This document shows, piece by piece, positions 47,305 to 61,523 of a stretch of DNA of 64,000 bases. The notes below the pieces were generated by a model that worked only from the letters and a program-made list of their open reading frames with translations, made no database searches and was not told the DNA's origin. The stretch is from Cercozoa sp. M6MM (Eukaryota; Protista; Endomyxa: Ascetosporea). How positions within the stretch are numbered: position 1 is the stretch's first letter; each line of letters opens with the position of its first letter. A program made the position numbers and the translations under genes. Location: the NCBI GenBank assembly GCA_040357565.1, contig JBDODJ010000036.1; one strand, 5' to 3'.

Positions 47305-48290
47305 CTGTGCGGCAACAAAACGAAAGCATAAGTACACAGTTGAGCGAGACAAAGGTGCAATGCGTCACTGGATAATGAGGGAATGTTGCCAAGCTGACAT
47401 AAAGCTAGCACCCTGTGCTCAAAGAGTCAAGCCACACAAATCAAAGACAAGCCTTCTTTCCTTCGCCATGGCACGCCAAACTTTCGTCAAATTCGCCAAA
47501 ACCGAGTCCGGTGAAATTACTGAGAAACGAATTTTCGCAAAACGAGGTTTCTACAACCAAGGCTCACCCCACAAAGCGCGAGCTAACGCCCCCAGACAAG
47601 AGAAACACGCACAATCGTTCTAGACAACTCAACGACAGCGCAAACAGGCAAGCCCGCTACGTCCGAACGCAAGGATTAAAAATACCGGACGCTGGCACGC
47701 GCCCAAGCGTACGGTTTGCCAGCGGAAAAGAGGTATCTCCCAAACTACCGCACACTCCGCACAGTTCGCGATACACAGCAAAGCGAATCGAAAACACTTT
47801 GGAGAAGAGAAGTTTGCAATGATGCGGGCATGTCGCGATCACAAACAAGCGTGTGAGGGCAATTTGCCAAAGGAGATCAAAGCACAAAGCTTGAGGACCA
47901 AATCGAGAACACCCGAGCTCGAAAGGAGAGACGAAAGCTTGTAAAACGCAAAGACGAAAGCAGGAACTCACCAGATAAGTGTTTTATCGAGACCCAAATG
48001 GTTCGTCTCGTCGGACGCTCACGCAAGCAGCATGAACACGGGGTCACGCCCCAGCAGCCTGCTTGCTAGATTTGCTGGACTTGCGTTTCTTCCCTGCAAG
48101 ACAGAACAATCAGTCGAGCTGCGAAAAAACGAAACGCTGTCAGAAGAGAGAAATATCGCGAGACTTGGCGCTTACAGGGCGTGTGCGGGTGTATTACAAA
48201 AGCTTACCACACGCCAGTTGGTCGTGACGGCTTCCGGTGGGAGGACAGTAGGATCCACGATCAACGGAGCGTGCATTGTTGACCACCCCT

Positions 48291-48365
48291 CAGTGCAACC
48301 GTGACTCGACCTGACATCATCGTCGCAGTGCAAGCGTGACTCGACTTGACATCATCGTCGCAGTG
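48291..48365. repeat. 35-bp tandem duplication
   Basis: CAGTGCAASCGTGACTCGACYTGACATCATCGTCG x2, just downstream of the giant gene's stop codon. Confidence 0.9.
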
Positions 48366-48416
48366 GTACGGTTTAGTTGTTGACAGTGATTATTATCGTA
48401 CAGTACTGCGCCGCTG

Positions 48417-49117
48417 TCATTCGGCTTGAGTTGTGTTCTCACAATCGTCCGATGGTAAGCCAGCGGCTGCGCTCGCAGGCTGCTCGTCGATCTCAAGCGG
48501 CGCGTGCGTGTTGCCACTGATGCCGTCCGGCCGTTCAATAGGCTCCTCTGAGCCAGTGGCGCTCACTGGCGGCAGCTCCACCTCTTCCTGTGTTTCAAGG
48601 AGTGGTAGTACAGCAGGCCTTTTGAGGGCAGAGGCGTACCTTGGCTGCATGCTGTGCTTCCAGTAGTCCGAGACGTCGCAGATCGAACACGTCCTCCATC
48701 ACTGCACGGACACTTACAAGAACACACTGAGTTTAGAGGTCTCTACCTAGTCTCAAGCCGCCAAAGAAACCGCGTTGACTCAGGATCTCTGTGTATGTTT
48801 ATACACGTGTATACCAAAGAGAGAGAGAGGAGGATATTGACAAATAGAAGAAGGCACCTTGGGCAACGTCCCTGCCTTGTGTCTGACCGACAAGGAGACC
48901 GCCGCCGCGGCGGAAGAGATCAAAGTCGCGTGGTGACACCAGGCACGTCGCCAGGAACTGGTCCAGCGACTGCCCGCCGAAGCGCAGTTCTGTCCAGACA
49001 GGCAGGTTGTACCAGCCCTCTTACCCCCCTCTGCCCCCCAAAGAAAAAGCCTACGAGCGAGAGGCGAACACGTGATACACTCCACCACTCGCGACAGTGC
49101 GCGCTTGGCGCAGCCTA

Positions 49118-49153
<36 letters not shown>

Positions 49154-52100
49154 ACATGTATATATTATGTTTATATTATTTACAATATATATTATATATT
49201 ATATATTATATTTATACCATATTATACATTACAATATATACACATTTAATTTATACTATATATATTATATTTATATTAAATTATTATATTTACATTTTAT
49301 TATCACATATATACCAGGTGACATACCATCACTCGGGTCCACCGACACGACCTTGACGGCACGAATGTCCACGTCACCGTTCTGCAGGTACAGTCGCATG
49401 CGGTGGCCGCGTCGTCGGCGCCATCCCTGACACCAGGGGGGGGGGGAAAGGGCTGATGGGGTAAGAGGGGACATACCAGCGACTTGACGGCCACCAGAGC
49501 CAGCACGAGCAGCAGCGTAGAAAACAAAACCCACAGTGCAAACAGCGATGACTGCGTGGCTGTTGAGGTAGTACGGGGTAAGGAGGTAAGGGAGTAAGGG
49601 GTCAGGGGTGAGGGTAAGGGGTAGGGTGCAAGGGGGCAAGAGATATGGTGTAAGGGGTAGGGCGTAAGGGGGGTAACGATAGTACAAGTCATTGGAGTGT
49701 CGGCAGTAGACAAAGCGAGCGCAGTCAGCAGATGCGCGAACAGCACCATCTATGCGGAAGGGGTAAGCGAGATAAAGGGGGTGGAGGTAGGGTGTAAAAT
49801 ACAATCTCCATAAGGTTGTCCGAGGCACGTCTGTATGGCCACCAGACAGTTTGCACCGCTAAAAACACGGCCGTCAACGAGCCCACCTGAGCACGCCATC
49901 ACACGGGTTATGCCCTTATACTCCACCTTTACCTCTCTCCCAGTGTAGGTACCAAGAAGAGCATGCGAGCGGTCTGTTCTTCGTTCGTGTTGACAAACAC
50001 CACCACCAGCAACAGCTACAGTCGACACATCAGTTTACCCCCATTACCCTTCACCCCCTGTGTTTTTGAGAGACCCACCGTGCGACGCAGGAGAACGACG
50101 ACCTCCCAAAAGTACATGCGCGGTCGGTACACTTCGGTCAGCACGCCGATCTTGCTCTGCGCCGACTGTGTGAACAGCGTCTCTCTGCAGGGGGGGGGGG
50201 GGGGGGGGTGGGGGGTAAGTGAAGGGGATAAGTGGGTAAGTGGATAAGAGGTGCCCTACCGACTAAGTCGACGCCGCATGATGCCGAACAAGTAGAGTGG
50301 AATCCCCAGACCAAACACGATGCCGATAATGCCCAGGAAGAACTGCATCCAATAGGGGGTAAGAGGGGTATGGGGAGGGAGAGAACGACTACCTTGGTAG
50401 TCTTGTAGGAAGTAGAAGCACAATCCATCGATGGATACTGCTTCAGCACTTGCTTGCCGTCCTACACATGTCATACATGCATGGGACAATTGCACAGGAG
50501 GAGGGGGGGGGAAACAGTACAAGACCGGCGTCGGTGCACCCAAAGACCACTTGGATCACAGTGTCCAGTACCGCCGCTGTGTATGCAGGTTAGGGGAGGG
50601 TTAGGGAGGGGTAGGGAACACGAGAATGCCCAGTGTGAACAAGGGTGTCAGTACACTCGTCCTACAGCAGGGGAGGGTAAGGGGGTAAAGTGGGGGGGGG
50701 GGGGGTAAAGGGTACCAGATCCGCGTGAGCGCACTGACGCGGCCGTAGCACATGGAACCGCCCGTCATGGCCACGATGTCTACGGCACACACATTTGTAT
50801 TTGCGCACATCCGCGCGGACACTGGTGACTAGACTACTTACCCATCTGGAAGAGTCCAAAGAACAACTTGGCCACCCAACTGAGCACATGCACACATAGG
50901 TCACATGGGTAACATGACGGTGTGGGAGAAACGCACCCGCTAAGTGAGACATCAATGGCACCGGCGAACATCTTGCTACGCACATGTTGATGTTTACCTC
51001 CCTCCTTTACCCCCTTCCCCTGGCATGGCAGAGATGCCTACCTCATCTGGACGTAGTAGAGCATGATGCGGACCGAGGCATCGCGCAGACTTTGCGCCAG
51101 GTAGTGCATCACGCACACGTACAGCACGTACATCACCTGCACACACAGGGGGGTTAAGGGGTGGCGTGGGGGGGGGGGTAAAGCTAACCACAACAGCGGC
51201 GATGTTGCCGGCGACACTGCCGTCGTTGTCGCACTTGATGCAAGAGCCGCCCCACTCGTAGTACTCGTCCAGACACACGCCGCACAGAGGGTTCTCCGAC
51301 GCCGCCTTCCTGTTCTCCGAACTGCCCGGGGGGGGGGGGGGTAAAGGGGTCTGGGCGAGGGGGGGGGGGGTAAACACGCAGCTACCAGCACACTTGCGGC
51401 TGCGCAGTCGTCGAATCAGCTGTGTCGCTCGCACACAAATCACCGGCCCGACAGTGACCCTGGTAGCACTGCGAGAGGGGGTAAAGGGGGAGGGTAAACA
51501 AAGGTAAGAAGCGTACCCTGTAGGCACCGATGTTGCCAGTGGTTTCGCCATAGTCCAGCCAGTAGTCTGAGGGTAGGAGGGTAGGAGGGTAGGGATAGGG
51601 GTACGGGTAGGGTAGGGGTAGGTAAGGGGTAAGGGTGTAGGGGTAAGGGTAAGGGTAGGAGTAGGAGAGGTAGGAGCCCTACCCTCGAGTGCAACGATCT
51701 GACCGTCGGAACAGAGTGCTCCGGGAGGACACAACTGACACGGACCCAGAACGCGACCATTGGCGATGGGAGCGTACTGCCCGGCACTGCACGGGTTGCA
51801 CGCCGCCAGTCCCGTCACTGGCACGTACTCCTCGCCTTGGCGCACGATCGTGTTGGCGCCAAAGCACGGCTGGCACTGTGCATGGGGTTAAGGGTAGGGA
51901 AAAGGGGAGGGTAGAGGGGAGGGTAGAGGGGAGGGTAAAGGGGGTAAAGGGGGTCGGGGGAAGGGGTAAAACCTCAGTCTGCTCCGGCAGCGGGTTGAAC
52001 TCGAACGCGCCACACTCAACGCACTTTGACTCAGTCGCCGTCACCTAATCATGACAAACAAGCTTGGCATAGACACTTAGGGTTAGGTAGATAGTATGCA

Positions 52101-55100
52101 GACACTGGAAACTACCAGGGCATAGGTGCCAGGAGCACACTGCGTGCACATCTCGCCGCCTTCCGACGTCCAGCCGCTCTTGCAGGGTACACACTGAGCC
52201 GGGTACTCTGACGACGGCTCGTGGTTCGAGGGACACGGCTCGTACTACAGTACATGGGCTTAGCTCCCGTCCGGTTAGACAGAGACACTGTACAACATCC
52301 CTACCTGGATACGGAAGCCAGTTTCGACAACATTCGGCAGGTCACTTTCCCAGTCCTGCCGCAGCACCCGGAAAAAAACAAAGTAACTGCACAGCACAGC
52401 TTGGCTACAGGCAACACTACCTCTTGAGTGTATTCAGTTTCGTTCCTGAGCGACAGCACCTCGAGCCCGAACGTGAAATCGCCTGTCTCAGTAATTCAGT
52501 TGAGAAAAACTGATTTTGGGCTCAAATTGGGACAAACGGACGGTACCAGGCACAGTTTTTGGAATCATTGGCAAGTAAAAGTCCAGGAACATCGAGCCCT
52601 AGTACAGCACACAACGCACAGTTTACAGTAGATAGACTTAGTTTTTTGATTGCCTGGTTTTTTTTAAACTGTGTGGGACTGTACCAGAACGTTGCCTTCG
52701 CCGAGTGAGACCACGGAGTCGTTGTGCAGCGACGCACCACCGATTCGGATGCCGTAGGACATTCGATCGGCCATGTTGATGCACAAGAGGCGCAGCAGTG
52801 CACCTGCTCTCACCCCCCAAGATCAGTCATGTCCGACACTAGACATCACAGGACTCGGGTATGAATACCGGCTCCCGTACGAGGGCAGTTGACCAGGGTG
52901 TTGCCTTGGACCTCGCAGTTAGTCTGACAGAACAAGGTACTGTACAGTGCACACAAGGTACGAGAAAGGGGGAGAGGGTACCCCCGAGACAACGTTGGCC
53001 TGCGACAGTTGGACGTAGAAAGCGCTGCTGTAGCTCAGCAGAGGATAGAACTTCGCCTGCTGTCCGACCGGCAGTGCGAAGGAATCCATCTACAAGGGGG
53101 TAATGGGAGTATAGGGGCAATGAAGGGTAACACAGGTACCATATGTCCGTAGGCCGTGCACTGGTCGGGCGGATCACAAGCCATATCGGTCGGATCGTCC
53201 TGCGCACACAGGTGGGCACAAGTAGGAAGGGAGATAGATAGAAAGGTAGGTAGGTGGTAGGGAGTACAGTTGCAGGAGTTTCGCCTGGCTTGGAGCCGCT
53301 GCGCAGCGCGTGCGACACGTTGAAGTTCAAGTGCACGCGCATGCCCGCTGACATGCCGTATGACTACAAGGAGGACAGTAGAGTAGGGGGTAAAGGGAGG
53401 GTGGGGGGGGGATGAACTCACAGCCGGGCCCTTGGGACTACGGAAGAGCGCAACGATGCCACGTTCTCCGTTGGTCATGTTGAACAGTGTCTCGTTCACT
53501 GCCGAAGGTACTGTCTGTCCAGTACACAACAAACAAGGTGGTCTGGAGACACACTTGAGGCACTGAGGGACACATGGTACCACATGCAGTGTCGCCTGCA
53601 GCGACTCGGCTGTCGACAGGTCCACAAATTCCAAAGCTCCTGGGCAGGAAAAGGGGTAAGGGATCGGGGTAGGGGCAAAGGGGGCTCAACACACCGTAGC
53701 TGATTCGACTCTCCTCGCTCTGCGTCGCCGTCGGCAGCGCCTGCCACTGCGCACGTGTGCCCTGTCGCACCTGCCACCGGTCAGCAATGTGTACAGCCGC
53801 GCGGACCTGCACAAAACACAAGGCCAATATACAACAAATCGCAACTGACAGGACTCTGCTACGCCATGGAAGGCTTGGCGATTCGGCAGCAAGAACACGT
53901 CGAGTCCCGTGCCCGACATTATCAGCCTAAACAGAGGTGAAGGGGTTAAAGAGGGGAGGGGTAAAGAGGCGGTAAAATAGTACCAGTCATTGTCGTCGGC
54001 GTCGACGGCGCAGTTGGACACGGACTGACACAGCTCGACTCGACCGGAGTCACGGCACGTGAACGGTGGCTCGTCGTTGCGACAACTGCCCGTCTCGGTG
54101 TTGGCCTAGTTAAGGGTGAGACAGAGGGTTAATTAAGGGTGAGACAGAGGGTTATTTAAGGAGAGGGTTAGTTAAGGCTGAGGTGGGGTACACTGCGCAC
54201 GGACGTGATAGTGAAGACCGCGTCCTGCACCGACTGCAACTGGCCCGACTCGCGCTGTGGGGTCAGCAGGTAAGCAAGGCAGTAAGGTAGAGACAAAGCC
54301 GATACCATGGCGGCGTAGTCGGGCCACGTGTCAAAGTGGAGCATACTGGAGCCCCAGAAAAACTGGTCCAACTCTGCAACAACAACAAGCAAGTCAGAGG
54401 AAGTGTCTGTGTACATCTATTGGGACAAACGTACCACTGTAGTACTCAAGTTGCATGTCGAAGTCCTTCACTTGCTTCAACTCGGGGCCGATAGAGACAT
54501 ACCTGTCACGCAGCCAAAGGGGCCCAAGGGTGGTGGGGGGTAAAGTGGCAAGGGGGTATATTAAAGGGGTAGAGGGGGGGCAAAGAAAAGGGGAAGCGGA
54601 GCAAGTACGTGGTGAAGTCGACAACGATGCGTCGCGTGTGACGGTTGTCGCACTGCACCGGCGACAAACAGTCCGCGCGGACAAAGCCGCGTCTCAGCTC
54701 CTCGCCTGCTACCTGCTCCGGCGCCTGTTATAGGTCACACTTAGACCTTCCGCGCGGACACCACCACGGTCTGATAAAATTACCTTGACACCGAACCACT
54801 CGGGTCGAATGCCAGACGCGACGATTTCAATCGCGTGTCGCGGCATCGGCGAGCTACACGGGGTATAAGGAGTGCGGGGTGTCGGAGTAAGGGAGGGGTA
54901 AAGGGGTAAAGAGGTAGTGACGGAGGTAAAGGGGTAAAGGATACATCATGGTACTCGCAGAAGTGATCGATATGTCAACTGCCGCCTGTACAAGAGGGGG
55001 TGTTAAATGGAGGTAAAGGGAGGTGGGGGGGGGGGGGTAAAGTGTACCACAGGCGTCATGACAGCCGCCGACAGTCGCTGCTGCGGCGCCAGAGTCAGCA

Positions 55101-58100
55101 GACGCAGCCGCGGCTTCTCATACTGTCTCAACAACACACAAGCAACACAAGCTCTAGTTGTTGTTGAGACTGTTGTTGTTTACTTGATTAAAACAAGAGG
55201 TACGAACGGCTGCAGTCGGAAGGAGTTGAATACGTTCGGAACAGTCGGCACCTGTCAGACACATCACAGTTGGGGCAGAGTCAAGATGCACAGAAAACTC
55301 AGAACCTCGCCGTGATTCTCCAGACATCCCGTTGAGCCGTGGCGAGCTGTAGCCACCTCAGTAAGCTAGCTCAGAAACGTCAACACGCACAGACACAACA
55401 CTGACCTACCTGGCAGCTGCAGGTGGAACACGAGCTCTAATGGAACGTCATTCACTGCCAAGCACACACATCGCGAAGCTGAACACCACTCCACACAACT
55501 GTACAGTTCTCGAGTACCCAAATCCAGCTTGTACGGCTGGAGGAACGAGTGAATGTCGAACGTCACTTCCGACAGGTATCTGCATTGTCAGGGCACACAC
55601 AAGGCATATCGACAAATTTACCTTCAACAAAACAAGGCCTACTCAATGCCAGTCGCGGAACTCAAGGGACCAAAGGACCACCTAAGAAAACACTCATCTC
55701 AGTGATCACCACACTTTTGGAAAACGCTATACTGCTCGGGTCCGATCCAGAAATACTTGGCCTCGTCGCTCTGTAAACTGACATGATAACCGGGAGGAGA
55801 AAATACGCTAGATACGACAAAGGCTTGGTACCGGCACATAGGGTGCAGGCGATCCGGTCATGTTGACGTACGTGGGAATGAGCATCACACCGGCCAATTC
55901 AAACTGTTGCGAAGTAACTGGTTAAAACATACAAGTGGAAAAAGTCACGAGAGAACGCACTTTGTTGCCCCGGCCATCGGTAGCGTTGCTCTTCTTTGAC
56001 CAGTCCTACGCACACGGTCCGCGCGGATGCACCGGAAACCAAGGAGGGAGGGATATTCAAAGAGGTACCACAGGAAGGGCATACGGCAACGAGAGCGTGA
56101 GGTTGTTGTGCGAGTCAATGTCGCCGTAGTTCCACACGACGTCAAACATCTGTAGAACCATCCAACATCAGGGATGTCGCCATCTACCAAAAAAACAATG
56201 CAGTGGCAAATACATTCGGCTGCTCCGGTAGCGAGAAGGTCGGTAGCACTGTATTTGACATTTTCGTTGAGTATACATACTTCAACGACATCCAGGCGTA
56301 CCAGTCCCGTTGCACATGTCCTCGCGTGCTCCCGTCACTCTGAAAGCAAGGCAAAAGGTGGTCAGTCCCTAGACAGTCAAGATAGCAGTACGTGAAGGCA
56401 AAGGTACTCATCAGGCCACGTGTAGTCCAGGAGCCACCCGTTGTACGTGCGTAGGAAGCGATCGCTGAGAACCGTCGGTGTGCACAGATGCGTCTCGCTT
56501 TGGTCGTTGGCGAAATTGGGACCGTAGTACCCGAGGCACCTGCGAACACACACACAAGCAGGGTATGCTGGCTTCGACTGATGGCAGATCACTAAAGGCC
56601 AACTTACTCAAGTACAAGTACGCCCAATGGAACGCGGTCCACACCGAGCGACAGTGCCGTCCAACTGTACAGTAGCCGGGGTCAAAAATAATGATTCTTC
56701 TGTCTGACACGAAAGTACGGCAGTGCGCCCAAGGACACAGCATCGTTGTTCGTGCGTAAGTGCTCGCTTTCGTACACCTATGGGAGAGGACATATAAGAT
56801 CGGGTAAAAACGTAGGGGGTAAAGGTGTGCAAACCACTTGCGCAGAATCCACGTTGAGGTTTCGATATTTCAGTCTGAAGGCGACTTTCATCAGTCGGTC
56901 GTTGTCAGGACCCAGAGTGTCCTGCAAAGGAAACACACAGGGAAGGAGTGGTAAGGTAGTCAGGCAGGGAGATCACGAGGTATGACTGACCGCCCAGTTG
57001 ATGCCGAGAGCGGCACTGTCGAGTACTGTCGAAGGCAGTCCATGCGCATTAAGAGCAGCCGCTTGCAGCGAGAACTGCAGTCATGGGGAAGGGGTAAAAG
57101 GTTCGAAGGATAAGAGAGGGTAAAAAGGCATACCACAGGACGACCGTGCATGACAACACCGAGCGACTGCGTGGTCTGTCTGGACCAACAAGAGGCGATT
57201 TCGTCGCCTTTGAAGTCGTGGCACGCGCTTTCGTCGGCATCGCGGTACAGGTCCATCTGTATCAACACACATATATAAACATATATATATATATATATTT
57301 ATCCAGCATCTGTATCCACAATACCTATATCTACATTTATACATAGTATATCTTTATACAATATGTATACTTGCGAAAGGTGTATCGTATACCTTTGTAC
57401 AATATCTAATATCTTTGTATGCATATATATATATATATATACTACATCTGGACTGAAACAAGAGACAACTGACCGCGCCAAAGACGAAACGACCCGTCAG
57501 CTCGATCGCGTTGCCGTCGCTTGCGAATCGCGCCATCTTGCGCAGTGAGGCATCTGTGCACACTCTCGCCAGTACACTAACAAAACATACTCTCGAGAGA
57601 AAAGGAGCATACGTGAGAGGTAGACATCGTGTCGGTAGGTCATTTGAGACACGTCAATCACCGCTGGCAGTGAGAAGGTTTTCTCTGGGTAACCCTCGGT
57701 GACGGCCTAAACACAGACGACCGATACGGCCCTTTCCTTGGGATGGGGCACGGTGAGGACATCGTACCTCCCAACGCACATCACCAGGCAGATCAGGGAT
57801 TCTCGGAGAGCTGCCTTCGTACGGTTGACCTGGCATTCTACGCATGTTGCGCAGCATCACCGCGACACTGAACGTGTCAAAGGTGCCTGTGCGGTCGGAA
57901 GACATAGACCATACATATGTTTAACAAAAAAACTCATTGGACCACGTACCGAACACGTCGATAGGAACCTTGGGCGAGCTCGCGCTGACTAGGAGGTGTG
58001 ACGGAGTGAACGGCTCGACTGTGACACTGTATTCGGGCTGTCTGGGTCCCTGAAAGGTCAGTGCGTACGAATCGTCGTCTTTCTGTGCATGAACAAGTGT

Positions 58101-58845
58101 CAAGTGAAAAGAGTTAAATTTTAGTTGTTCAAATTTATTGAAGCTGACTTGGTCGGTACCTTTTTAAACATTGTCGAGATTGCAATATCGTTGACATCGT
58201 CCAAGATGCAACGTCCAATCACGTGACCCTACACAGGGGTGACACAAGAACAACGTGCACTGGGTACAGACAACAAGAGGACACTACCTGACTGTCCTGA
58301 GGCACAGCGACCTGCCCGGTGTGCGAGACGGGCAGTCGCATCACTCGTCGTCGCATGCGGTGTCGCAGTGCCTGCACGAGCGAATTAACTTCCCAGTCAT
58401 TTTCGGCGCGCAGTGCGACCATCTTGCTCAACTGCAGCGAGGCTAAACTGTCGCCGGTAGCGTTCGAGCCACCTGTGTTGACACATGTCCGTCTAGCTCG
58501 GGTGATTGTACACAAACAGATAGAGATGCACAGGTACCCACAAAATAGAGCATCGGCGTGGTCGTGCTGTTGCATTCGAAGATCTCAGAGCCGTTGATGC
58601 TGAGTGAGAAGTTGTTGTGCACCGTGGCTTGATTGTGCAAATACGTGGCCACCATACTGATAAGTTTTTACACATCCAGATCGATTATCAAGGGAGAGGG
58701 ATGGGAGAGCAAAACGAGAGGGAGTACTCGTCCACAGCGGGGTGCTCGTACAGACGCACATTTGAAGTAGTAGGCATGACGCTGCTGTAGTGTAGCTGTC
58801 CGGACGGACACTGCTGAATCGAAGGGTCTGGGAACGTGACTACTG

Positions 58846-58912
<67 letters not shown>

Positions 58913-59854
58913 AACACACAGTGTAAAGTAAGCAGCTGTACTCTTGTCGAACGTGCGATCCTGGGGCGGACTGCTTGACGAAGATATCTGCCACTCGGCA
59001 TTCTGCCAGTAGTCATACACCTGCCCACAAGACATCAATGCACGAAAAGCAGCAACCAAAGTGGGAAGGAATGCAATGCACCTGAGCGTAAGCCTCGACG
59101 GCGATGGTGAGTGAGTAGGCGTGCGTCAGAGCGCACAGGTTGAAGTCGACGACGCCGTTGAGTGCGAAGCCGGCCTTGTGCACGCTCTCAAGACGTGGCA
59201 GCAGCAGCCGCATGCGCGTGTTCGCGCTGGAGGAAGGATCTGTCACCTCGAGTTTGTTCGTGACCTGCACAGCAGGGTGTGCGGTGCAAGAGTACACAAA
59301 ACAATTGGTCCACTGTACCCAACGCAGGTTCGGAAGGCTGATTTCTTTGTCGTCGTAGTGTGCAGTCAAGCCAGTCTCGGGAATCTTAATCGTCAGCGTC
59401 TCAGCGTGGCGCACATGCTGCATGACCTTGGACACGAATCGCACAGCACTGTCCGTAATATACACATGCCAAAGTACCCGACACAGATAAACTGGAGCAC
59501 AGAAGCTTGTTGGCACAAGGGAGAGTCGGCAGCTTGGTTCTCGGGGAACTGAAACACGGCGTCTCCTAGCGACAGCGACTTTGGCGTCAGCAGGCTGTGT
59601 CATATCCAGCAAACTTAAAGTGTACACAGCTTGAGCATTTATGGATCGCCCCTGGTACCAATCAGCAAAGCTATTGAGAGCGATGTTTTGCGAGGCCTCG
59701 TCGCTATCAAGACCGAGGTGAGCAGTCCATTTCAGGTTTGACACCACGAGGTTTGAATTGCCGAACATGCAGTAGGGACTACGTACAGAATGTTTGTGTG
59801 TGTGTGTGTGTGCGTGCGTGTGTGTGTGTGTGTGTGTGTGCGTGTGCGTGTGTG

Positions 59855-59936
<82 letters not shown>

Positions 59937-59946
59937 NNNNNNNNNN

Positions 59947-59997
<51 letters not shown>

Positions 59998-61424
59998 CAT
60001 CCAGGGAATACACCTTTGCCAAACAAGGAACGTACCTGACACCACCACCGGTATTCCGGGGGTATCGGTACTGCTCGATATCTAAGTAGTGGATCGCCTT
60101 GAGATTCGGGAATGTCGGCCATGCTGTGACAGAGAGAATCACCAAACGGATGCCATGTGTACAGGAAGGGAACATACGCGCATCCTGGAGCATGGAACGC
60201 TGAGGGCCAAGACTGGGCAGCGAGAACTTGCCCACAATCTCCAGATCGCCCAGCGGTGCCTATAGATCCATGAAAAAGGCACTGGGTAGGGCATTAGCGG
60301 GGAGTGAATAGCTACCGCACCTGAAAAGTCAAGATGTTGCTGCCGATTTCGAGCGACGACGCAACCTTGATCATCGGAAAGTCCGTCAGCATGACTTGGG
60401 TATTCTCGCTGTGTCCACGCACAGAAAGAAATGATACACACAGAAGAGTTATGGGTGGAGAACAGTACGCATTGCTCTTGACCGAGAAGTCGCCAATGAT
60501 GCGATGCAGCGACCACCGGCTGTCGCTGTGGGAGAATTGTTTTGCGGATAGATCTGGGCACGAAATAGAGAGAGAGAGAGAGGGGGGACCTGCGAAAGTT
60601 GACGGTCAGCGAGGAGTTGGTTGCACGGACACGAAACGACTTCATACGGCCACAAAACTCAATGTTATTGAGTGGCAGGACGCCTCCGGCTTCGATCAGG
60701 CTGCACGTCCGTCAGACGTATTAGGTTTTGGGAGGTTTTACTCAACTAAAAATATGTGGTACAGATCAGCATTGAGAATGACTTGGCGGTATGAGTTGTA
60801 GCTCGACAACTCTGTCAGTTTCACCTGGAGGGACACAAAAACACAAGCATATATGCAAGACGACAACTTGATGAGCACCACATACCGATCCGTTTATACA
60901 GACTGCGTTGCAGTTGTTTCTGGCGGCAGACTCGATCGTTTCGTGCCATCGCAGCGGGGTGGCATTTGTGCCATCTCCCTGGATCGCCAAACACAAGTCA
61001 TAGATGGTCATAGATGTGCCGGACTCAGTTACAGACAGATCAGCACACCTCGAACGTGCAGTCAGCACTGCAGTTCTGAGGGCATCCAGCACGTGCGGCG
61101 ACGAACAACGCTGCCAGTACGGCGACTGTCCACAAAATACGCACAACATGAGCATCTGTCTGATGCACGATCGCTTCTTGTTTGATCTTCTTGATCAGAA
61201 ATCGCGTGACACTGCTCGATGCTTCTTTTGTACCAAACCAGATCATCCCCGCGGCCCTGCAATCCCAGTGGCCTATACTTCAGTCGATTGATACGCCACT
61301 GTCGATCTGATACGCCTGCAGCTTTCAATAAGAAATAATTATAGGGGGGAGCGACGTCAAACACTGTTGAAGAAACATAAAAACCGTATAGGGAGCAGTG
61401 TGACGCTCCAACCTGTTCTTGCAT
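48417..61424 (-). CDS. Giant Cys-rich multi-pass membrane receptor-like protein (LRR/L-domain-like N-terminal region, GCC2/GCC3-type Cys repeats, multi-TM C-terminus)
   Basis: Frames connect across the introns checked. Cys repeats CVPCKSGWTSEGGEMCTQCAPGTY, CNPCSAGQY, CQLCPPGALCS..EGYW, NPLCGVCLDEYYEWGGSCIKC, then TM helices with VRIMLYYVQM, GIIGIVFGLGIPL and YRPRMYFWEVVLLRR. N-terminal LPNLR/LPRLESV/FPNLKAI repeats. Confidence 0.75.
49119..49312. repeat. Nearly pure A/T low-complexity intron
   Basis: (TA)n-derived sequence. Similar tracts at 6468-6490, 6665-6690, 22944-22983, 42419-42450 and 57272-57441. Confidence 0.9.
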
Positions 61425-61523
61425 GTGCGCTTAAAGTTTTGGTGGCAATCTAGCAATTGAGCACGTGTATCTTAACGATCACTGCAAGGATTTGGCACTT
61501 CTTTATCTGCTAGAAGTGAGTAA

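Noticed and set aside
55125-55170. 12-bp inverted repeat GTCTCAACAACA/TGTTGTTGAGAC next to a 3' splice site
   Set aside because: It is a single low-complexity instance with no counterpart elsewhere in the window.
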